Below are positions 57,658 to 64,000 of a stretch of 64,000 bases of DNA, piece by piece; within the stretch, counting starts at the first letter, position 1; every line of letters starts with the position of its first letter. Origin of the DNA: a virus; IMG/VR virus record IMGVR_UViG_3300009166_000001, positions 1-64,000 of that record; one strand, given 5' to 3'. The notes under the pieces are model-generated. The model ran no database searches. It was not told where the DNA came from and was given only the letters and a program-made list of their open reading frames with translations. A program made the position numbers and the translations under genes.

Positions 57658-58383
57658 CTATCCTTCCATCGGATGTGTCGTTGTCCTGACACTCCGAACG
57701 ACTTTACCGACTGTCGGCTCTTCGATGTCGATCTCGGCCTGGACCCGGTACGAGAAATCGTACCCGCGCACCACGTCGTTCACGTCGATGTAGTCCCCGA
57801 TATCCGTGATCGATTCCCGGAAGATGTCGTAGTTTCTCGGATCGTTCGCTGTGTCCCATACCGTGATGTACGAGTAGAGATCCTGCGACCTCATGTGGGT
57901 AGTCACCCATCGGAACATGCGAAGCAGATCCATCTCCACGCGGGACCGAATCTGGACGCCATACGTGATGTTCACCGGCCACGACGCTTCCTTCGTCTCC
58001 ATCGGGTCGTAGCCGTCCAGGGCGCTCCCATCCGGCTTCACGATCCGCAGTCGTGACGCTCCGAATGCGGGGACGTAGTGCGCCTGCGTCTTGGGACGCA
58101 CACGCGCCATGTCGTCCTCGATTCCGGTCCTGGCGATTACGATGGCTGGAAGAAGGTTCGGATGCAGAATCTCACGGCCCTTGCCGAAGAAGATCGGGAT
58201 CCTGCCGTGGTAGACCGTGGGCTCGGGACCGCAGACTCCCGGAATGACGGTAGAGTAGTATTGCGCCTCTTCGCCAGCGATGACGAACGAGTCCTTGACT
58301 CCACCCAGCGCCCGCATGACTCCCTCATCGTAGTTCTCGATGTAGATGGGCGCTACCGGGATCCTGACAGCATCCGACCGCAT
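57658..58383 (-). CDS. tail terminator / sheath-stabiliser-like protein
   Basis: position before sheath; LPAI.I.R, PVNITY.V.I. Confidence 0.6.
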   Translation of the reverse strand: MRSDAVRIPVAPIYIENYDEGVMRALGGVKDSFVIAGEEAQYYSTVIPGVCGPEPTVYHGRIPIFFGKGREILHPNLLPAIVIARTGIEDDMARVRPKTQAHYVPAFGASRLRIVKPDGSALDGYDPMETKEASWPVNITYGVQIRSRVEMDLLRMFRWVTTHMRSQDLYSYITVWDTANDPRNYDIFRESITDIGDYIDVNDVVRGYDFSYRVQAEIDIEEPTVGKVVRSVRTTTHPMEG

Positions 58384-58814
58384 CAGTCGTCGTTCTCATC
58401 CTTGTCGTCCGGCTCGTCCGCGATCTCCTTGACCGTTTCCTGCATCATCTTGTCGGTCAGGCCGATCACGTGCTTGGCGAACTCGATCTTCTCGGCGGCG
58501 GCGACCCACGCCTCCACCGCTTCCTTCGCCACGCTGCCCTTCGGCAGCACCGGGAGGTGCTTCTTGTCCACCATGACCCCGGCCACGCCCATCACGATCT
58601 CGTGCGCCGTCTCGCGCTCCAGACCGTAATCCTCGATGACCTTGTTGACGATGCCGAACATGTACTCGTCGTACTTGTTCGTCCAGCCACCCGCCGGGGG
58701 CTCTGCCTTCGCGGGTGCCTGCGGCTGCTCGACATCCTCCTCGTCTATCGCCTCCACAGCGAGCATCTGAACGAGGAACTTGTCGAACATCACCGTGACC
58801 TTGCTCTTGTCCAT
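58383..58814 (-). CDS. acidic hypothetical (head-region) protein
   Basis: ORF in operon. Confidence 0.6.
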   Translation of the reverse strand: MDKSKVTVMFDKFLVQMLAVEAIDEEDVEQPQAPAKAEPPAGGWTNKYDEYMFGIVNKVIEDYGLERETAHEIVMGVAGVMVDKKHLPVLPKGSVAKEAVEAWVAAAEKIEFAKHVIGLTDKMMQETVKEIADEPDDKDENDD

Positions 58815-58830
58815 CTTTCTTCCTCCAGGC

Positions 58831-59595
58831 TCAGACCTTGATCATGTCCTGAAACCGCTGAATGGAACCGATCTCGGCTCCCGTAGCTGCCCTCTCGACT
58901 GGCATCGATGTACGAGGATTCAACAGGGCTTTCTCCATCACATCTACCACCCGCTCCCGATCCGCCAGTACATCCTTCAGTGCTGGTTGCCAGACAGGAA
59001 CCCTGTTGTACCCATCCAGCCCGTACTCTGCCCGAACAGCTTCCCAGTTCGTGTCTATGTGGATCTCGGCTTCGACTTCCGCATCTACGTCCGTATCTAT
59101 ACCATAGCCCCCCAACGCGGACAAGATGTTTTCCATTCTTGGCTTTTTCAAGGCCAACAGCTTCTCCATCTCGTCCTGGCGTACCCGCCGACCCACCAGT
59201 CTCGCCTGCTCCGAAGTCGGCTTCTTCGGGAGCAACTTCAAGGGCCACGGAGATTCGGACGCCAGGAGCCGAAGCCACGCCTCCTGTACCTGCGGAACCA
59301 CCGTCACGGTCATCAGTTCGGCTTCTACTTCCGACACCTTGACCGTTCTCATCTCCGCAATGACTGCGAACAGATCGGCATCACCCTGGTTCATGCTCAC
59401 CAGTTGGATCCCGCTCATCATGGTCCTGAACCGCTCCCCTGCGTCCCCTAGACGTTCCTTCACCTCGTCCCGATATCTCGTGGCCGTGTCGTAGGCTACC
59501 GCATTGGCAGCCTTCTGGGCGTTCGTTGCAATTGATTGCAACAGCTTCATGGCCCTAGCGTTGGACCGCGACGGTGTGACCCCGAACTTGATCAC
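58831..59595 (-). CDS. hypothetical (possible tail-completion) protein
   Basis: start moved to GTG at 59595; EYG...PVWQPA motif. Confidence 0.55.
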   Translation of the reverse strand: MIKFGVTPSRSNARAMKLLQSIATNAQKAANAVAYDTATRYRDEVKERLGDAGERFRTMMSGIQLVSMNQGDADLFAVIAEMRTVKVSEVEAELMTVTVVPQVQEAWLRLLASESPWPLKLLPKKPTSEQARLVGRRVRQDEMEKLLALKKPRMENILSALGGYGIDTDVDAEVEAEIHIDTNWEAVRAEYGLDGYNRVPVWQPALKDVLADRERVVDVMEKALLNPRTSMPVERAATGAEIGSIQRFQDMIKV

Positions 59596-60146
59596 TTCTT
59601 CGGGGCCACGGTGATTCCGTGCTTCGCCAGAACCTCCGGTGGAAGTCCAGCCAGCATCGGAGCGACCTTCTCCATCTGCCCCGCCACCAGTCCCGCGATC
59701 TGCTGCGCTATTCCCGGACCACCCGGCTCGACGGAGAGCAGTCCCTTGTCCACCATCTTCTTCTTCCAGGTCCGGACGACCCGGTTGTACGCCTTCGCCA
59801 TGTCGGCAGCCGATCCCAGGGTCCACAGTTCCCCGGTCTGCGACATCTCGTCTACCGCCTCGAACCATGCCGCTTGGCTCCCCGGATACGGCACCCACGT
59901 CTCCGGCGAGTCGTTGATCATGGTCATCGCCACCCACTTCGGAGGCGCGAAGAACTCCTTCGCATCGATCACACCCAGCTTGGCCAACTTCGCCAGACCC
60001 ACCTGCCCGATCTTCTTGTAGGCGGCGGCCAGTTCGGCCTCCGCGAGCGTGAGGGGCTTCGTGGACAGAGCATCGGCCCGTCCAAGCTCCTCCCCCAATG
60101 TCTCGCGCATCTTGGCAATGATGTCCTGTACGCTTCTCTCTGCCAC
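59592..60146 (-). CDS. hypothetical protein
   Basis: GGAGG RBS. Confidence 0.6.
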   Translation of the reverse strand: MAERSVQDIIAKMRETLGEELGRADALSTKPLTLAEAELAAAYKKIGQVGLAKLAKLGVIDAKEFFAPPKWVAMTMINDSPETWVPYPGSQAAWFEAVDEMSQTGELWTLGSAADMAKAYNRVVRTWKKKMVDKGLLSVEPGGPGIAQQIAGLVAGQMEKVAPMLAGLPPEVLAKHGITVAPKK

Positions 60147-60147
60147 G

Positions 60148-60579
60148 TCACACCTCCGCTACCCTCTCCACGAGGGGGCGATCTTTCTTCGGATCGAACT
60201 TACGCATCGACATGAGCCATTGCTCGTGATCCGTGCATACCCCGATCAGTTCCGACGAATCTCCCACCCGCACCCCGGCAATCGCCTCTACCCCGCAGAC
60301 GAAGCAGATCGACGGGAACGTATTCCGTGACAATGGCCCCTGGTACTCAGGAAACGTCATCCCGGAGATCGGGCCACCACATCGCTTGCCCTCGTTCAAG
60401 GACACGCACTGTGCCTGCCCCGCCTCGATGCCACGCCAGAACTTCGTGCAGTTGGCGCAGACATACGACACGCCCCTGCTCCGGGCGTGGCGGATCATCT
60501 CTGCGGTAATCGTGACTTGCTTCGTCGCGTCCGCGAACTCATGCCCCAGACGCTCCGCTATCTTCGAACGATCAGTCAC
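60148..60579 (-). CDS. Cys-rich Zn-binding hypothetical protein
   Basis: CANC..C..C..CFVC..C..H. Confidence 0.55.
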   Translation of the reverse strand: MTDRSKIAERLGHEFADATKQVTITAEMIRHARSRGVSYVCANCTKFWRGIEAGQAQCVSLNEGKRCGGPISGMTFPEYQGPLSRNTFPSICFVCGVEAIAGVRVGDSSELIGVCTDHEQWLMSMRKFDPKKDRPLVERVAEV

Positions 60580-60902
60580 TCCGTCACCGGATGGAACAGA
60601 TAGCTGTCGGTCGGGTACTCCTGCTCCTGCGTCGAGAGATTGGGGCGTAGATCCCTCACCTTGATCGTGTAGCCCTTCCCCGTCCCCTCTTTCCCCGGCT
60701 CCGCGAAGTTCACTTCCGTCACGACGCCGATGGCAACAGGAGGATTCCCGTTCTTGGGCCTCACGATCACCCTGGCTCCGACAGGAACCTCGGAGTCCAT
60801 GATCGCCTTGTACGATGCCCCCAGCAGGTCCCTCGCAATCCACAGGATCGCGTCCCAGTAGTTCGGGGGCTCGTGGCTTCCTGGTGTGTCGAGTGCGCTC
60901 AT
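60576..60902 (-). CDS. hypothetical protein
   Basis: ORF with GGAGG RBS. Confidence 0.55.
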   Translation of the reverse strand: MSALDTPGSHEPPNYWDAILWIARDLLGASYKAIMDSEVPVGARVIVRPKNGNPPVAIGVVTEVNFAEPGKEGTGKGYTIKVRDLRPNLSTQEQEYPTDSYLFHPVTE

Positions 60903-61474
60903 TAGTCGATCCTCCTACCGCTCCAGCACGTTTCCCCGTCGCCTACGATAGTGCTCGGGTCGTTGTGTGTCACGAACTTGCACTCCAACCTGAATATCAC
61001 GAATGCCCGTCCCTGGGGGAGTCGTCCTTCATCATGCACGTTCTGGATATCAAAGTACAACGGACCCGGCAAGCGTTCAAGTAGGAACGAGATTACGTCC
61101 CCCGTCTTCGGAAATCCGAACCCTACCCTCTCGCACTCCAACCTCGTGACGTACAGTTCCACGTCCCGCGTGGCTTCGAGGCCCTGGTCCGGATCCATCG
61201 TCAAGGACTTCGCCGTCGAACTATCGCATGTCACCACGACTTCGTAGGGACCGACGTATTTCTCCTGAAGGAAGTCCGTGTGGTCCGGATCTACCGCTGC
61301 CCCTGGACGTAGTTTCCAGAGCCTCCCCTGCACGCGCACGAGGTTCGGTAGGTCGTTGGCAATGAGATCGAACATCCCAAGCTCGATCTCGTCATCGAAC
61401 ATCCCCTCGCCCATCAGAGTACCCGCAGAGTGCCTGATTCCAGCAGGCCCTTCTTCTGCGAACAGGTGACGCAC
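60902..61474 (-). CDS. head-closure/neck protein (gp14-like)
   Basis: position; PKTGDVI...Y.DI..V beta-barrel pattern. Confidence 0.5.
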   Translation of the reverse strand: MRHLFAEEGPAGIRHSAGTLMGEGMFDDEIELGMFDLIANDLPNLVRVQGRLWKLRPGAAVDPDHTDFLQEKYVGPYEVVVTCDSSTAKSLTMDPDQGLEATRDVELYVTRLECERVGFGFPKTGDVISFLLERLPGPLYFDIQNVHDEGRLPQGRAFVIFRLECKFVTHNDPSTIVGDGETCWSGRRID

Positions 61475-61783
61475 AGCGCGTAAGCATTCGCTTCCGCGTC
61501 CCGTCCCCCGAACTGCTTTTTCACGACTTCGATCATCTCACGTACCTGCGGCGCTACTCGCTGCTCCAGGAGAGCCTGCTTCAAGGCCGCATCGGCCCTA
61601 CGCAAGAACGACAACAGGACCCCCACCGCCACATCCTCCCTCACCGGCTTCCACTCCCCCTCGTCCTGCACATGGACCCGGTACTCCCATTCCCCTACCT
61701 GGATTCCACGCCCGGTAGGCTCCACGGATCCATCGATCACGAACTTCCTACCCCAGAGATTCCAGACGTGCGACTTCACGGCC

Positions 61784-62518
61784 CTACCCTACCATGAATC
61801 CACAGGGACGAGAGCGACCCATGATCTCCTCGTCCGTCGTTGCCTTCTCCTCGTTCCCCTCCATGACCAGTGCATCGCCGTCCATCTGAACCTCTCCACC
61901 CGGCCCTGGCCATGAGGCATACTTCCGACGCATCATTCCAATCGTGATCTTCGATTCCGCCTGGAACCTCCGGAATACGAGATCCTGGTCCAGCAGTTCC
62001 ACATCCTTGAAGTCCAGCCGACTCGATAGGTAGAACGCAGCCACCCTCGCTGGATTCAGGTTCCCCGGATAGACCCGCAGCAGCCTCAGAAGCCTGTCGT
62101 ACTCCCACGTAACGTCTGCCGACAGGATCCTCTGCCCCATCTCCACGTCCTGTAGGATCTGAAGCACGTAGGAGTAGTCCCCCCGGAAGATTGCGACCGG
62201 CAACGGATCGTAGATGATGGAGTACCCCACCCCGCCGCTGTAGATGTCGTACAACTCGTCAGCCAGCGGGGTTGCGATTACCTCCAGAACCACATCGCAG
62301 TCCTCTGGCATCGGGAACTGGTTATTGCCCGTAGAGTCGGACCAGTGGAGTCTCTTGGGAGCCTTGAACGCTCCGTACCAGACCAGCACCCGTCGCATGA
62401 TCGCGGTGCGTTGCTCCGGCGTCAGTTCGATCTTGATCCGTCCCTCGCCCAACAGGGCAAGGGCATCGGCCATCATCTCATCGAAGGATGTCCAGCCTAT
62501 CGAATTCAGGCCCGGCAT
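61784..62518 (-). CDS. neck / head-tail adaptor protein (T4 gp13-like)
   Basis: LG...IKIELT.EQ; K..IG..RRKY..PGPGG.VQMDG..L..EG..E. Confidence 0.75.
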   Translation of the reverse strand: MPGLNSIGWTSFDEMMADALALLGEGRIKIELTPEQRTAIMRRVLVWYGAFKAPKRLHWSDSTGNNQFPMPEDCDVVLEVIATPLADELYDIYSGGVGYSIIYDPLPVAIFRGDYSYVLQILQDVEMGQRILSADVTWEYDRLLRLLRVYPGNLNPARVAAFYLSSRLDFKDVELLDQDLVFRRFQAESKITIGMMRRKYASWPGPGGEVQMDGDALVMEGNEEKATTDEEIMGRSRPCGFMVG

Positions 62519-62521
62519 CGA

Positions 62522-62962
62522 CTACCTGCCGCGCTTCCGGAGCTTGCCCTTCTTCTCGCGTGGCTTCTCTGGTTCCGGTTCCGGAGCAGCTTCCGGCGGC
62601 TCCGTCTCTGGCTCCTGTGCTGATGGCACCTCCGGTTCGGGGGGAGGTGGAGGCGGCATTGGGGCTTCGACGTGCTTCTTCTCCATCGTCGCCTTCAGAT
62701 CGATGCCGACACCCTTGACCATGACGGGCGGGATCTCCGGTCGTGCGTATTCTCGTCTCACCACCGGGTCTACCGGCGGGACAGGAATCGACTGGACCAC
62801 GGCTGAAGGTACTTCCACCAGGACGGACGGACACCACTTGGCGAACTCGTCCCCCTCGTAGATCCTTCCCTCCTCACACTTGACCGTGACGACCTTCCCC
62901 TCACGTTCCACGGTGACATTGCAGGTCTTCGGACCCTGCTTCAGCTTCCACTTTCTTGCCAT
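62522..62962 (-). CDS. Pro/Glu-rich hypothetical protein
   Basis: GGAG RBS; first gene of the leftward operon. Confidence 0.6.
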   Translation of the reverse strand: MARKWKLKQGPKTCNVTVEREGKVVTVKCEEGRIYEGDEFAKWCPSVLVEVPSAVVQSIPVPPVDPVVRREYARPEIPPVMVKGVGIDLKATMEKKHVEAPMPPPPPPEPEVPSAQEPETEPPEAAPEPEPEKPREKKGKLRKRGR

Positions 62963-63020
62963 GTTGTTCTCCCGGATTCCTTTGTAGCATACCGTTCCCC
63001 TGCAATCAATTGCAAGGTGC

Positions 63021-63048
63021 TTGACAAAATCGTCCGTCCTGTTATATT
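63021..63048 (+). promoter_or_regulatory. sigma70 promoter TTGACA-16-TATATT
   Basis: direct match; palindrome at 63000-63015 just upstream. Confidence 0.8.
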
Positions 63049-63066
63049 CATGGCAACGGAGGCAAC

Positions 63067-64000
63067 ATGAAGGTCACAGCAAAAGAACTCGTCAACACTC
63101 TCTCCCGTGCCGTGAAGGACGAGGCGAAAAACATGGGCATCGTCGTCACGGACGAGAACGGCACATGGCTCCACATAGACACCTGCTCCGACTCGTTCCA
63201 CTATACCCGATACACGCTGGCAGGACGGGATACTGACCACGGCATCATCCAGTGCCGCTTCAACGAGTACAAGAAGCTCCTCGCATGGATGAAGGCACTG
63301 AAGGTGTCCTGTCAGGATCAGATCGAGGTGCTGGTAGAGCAGGACAAGTCGGTCGGATTCTCCCTTCGCGGCAAGAAGCTGACCGTCAAGTCCTTCGGGA
63401 TGGTCCAGGACTACCCCGTGGCCCCGAACCTTCGGATGCCTCCCTTCGAGAAGTGCGTGCTCCAGGGCATGACCTATGCGGACGTAGCCAAGTGGGGCAA
63501 GTCCCTCCTCGCCTGTGCATCCGATGATTCGACCCGGCCCTACATCTACGGCATCGGCTTCCGCAAGGACGTGCTGATGGCAACAGACGGCCATCGCCTC
63601 TCCCTGCTGGATCTCCCCACCATCGGGGTCCGGGGAATCGACAACGATCAGGATGCGTTCATGATCCCCACCCCGGCCTTCGAGCGGCTGATCGAGGAAG
63701 CTGCCCTCTTGACGGACAAGCTGCTCCCCACGTGCAACATCTACATGTCTGCCACAACCGATCCGAAGGTCACGACGGAGAAGTATCTCTTCGTCCAGTG
63801 CGGAAACGCCTCCCGGTACATCCGGCTCGATGCCGCTGTCCAGCCGCCGCCCTACGACTTCCTACTCTCCTTGTCCAAGAACATCGTGTTCACCCCGGAC
63901 AAGGCATCCGACATCGTAGATGCCTGCAAGGAGGTCAAGGCCATCCTCAACAGTGTAGAACCCGGCATCCACATGGGGATCTCCCCCTCCGGCATCCTCG
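63067..64000 (+). CDS. dnaN: DNA polymerase III beta sliding clamp-like (truncated by window; missing from the ORF track)
   Basis: GGAGG RBS; in-frame ASDDSTRPYIYGI and MATDGHRLS. Confidence 0.8.
   Translation, partial: MKVTAKELVNTLSRAVKDEAKNMGIVVTDENGTWLHIDTCSDSFHYTRYTLAGRDTDHGIIQCRFNEYKKLLAWMKALKVSCQDQIEVLVEQDKSVGFSLRGKKLTVKSFGMVQDYPVAPNLRMPPFEKCVLQGMTYADVAKWGKSLLACASDDSTRPYIYGIGFRKDVLMATDGHRLSLLDLPTIGVRGIDNDQDAFMIPTPAFERLIEEAALLTDKLLPTCNIYMSATTDPKVTTEKYLFVQCGNASRYIRLDAAVQPPPYDFLLSLSKNIVFTPDKASDIVDACKEVKAILNSVEPGIHMGISPSGIL

Larger units (their letters stand above)
8..63015. repeat. dispersed 16-bp palindrome TTGCAAT-CA-ATTGCAA, about 18 copies
   Basis: copies start at 8, 102, 243, 1010, 5238, 8758, 11139, 12420, 18700, 19405, 22223, 29037, 33535, 42667, 49776, 53319, 59526, 63000. 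Confidence 0.9.

Noticed and set aside
40138-58383. Bacterial eCIS/tailocin or T6SS locus
   Set aside because: Neck genes, a long tape measure, tRNAs, tmRNA, DnaN and many phage accessory genes indicate a real phage; no Afp15-type ATPase or T6SS membrane complex was seen.
2046-62861. Many long plus-strand ORFs (e.g. 4664-6019, 31805-33583, 54556-56361) and off-frame minus ORFs (e.g. 53918-55858)
   Set aside because: Shadow frames of GC-rich genes: low-complexity R/P/H/G-rich translations overlapping well-supported CDSs.
8-63015. CRISPR array from the recurring TTGCAAT motif
   Set aside because: Copies are 16 bp, mostly kilobases apart and in both orientations; no regular spacers and no cas genes.
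1-64000. Alternative genetic code or diversity-generating retroelement
   Set aside because: Genes are full length in the standard code, no suppressor tRNA was found, and no reverse transcriptase or template/variable repeat pair was noticed.

Overview
This is a 64-kb segment of a large, GC-rich myovirus-type (contractile-tail) phage genome, with almost all genes on the minus strand. From right to left: the 5' part of a DnaN sliding-clamp gene (+ strand, cut by the window edge); neck, tail-terminator, sheath and two tube genes; a tail chaperone with a -1 frameshift; tape measure; a full baseplate; and tailspikes/fibres (about 29.2-62.9 kb). Next comes a non-coding RNA operon (27.4-29.2 kb) with tRNA-Glu, -Pro, -Ala and -Met, a tmRNA, an atypical tRNA and two large structured RNAs. 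Then follow a ParB gene and about 22 kb of small accessory genes, including three DNA methyltransferases, DUF5131, a metallophosphoesterase, ASCH, a stand-alone sigma70 region 4, and a Myxococcota-type lipoprotein. The most striking feature is a ~460-nt RNA (28130-28587, minus strand), flanked by rrn-type boxA sites and closed by a ~30-bp stem. It joins near-exact copies of the two 23S rRNA elements of the translation-factor binding site: the uL11/GTPase-associated centre (H43/H44) and the sarcin-ricin loop (H95). It also carries an internal antisense copy of the SRL. A second system is a 16-bp 7-2-7 palindrome (TTGCAAT-CA-ATTGCAA), found about 18 times across the window, alongside a phage ParB and one perfect bacterial parS. 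All calls were made by eye; no searches were run.
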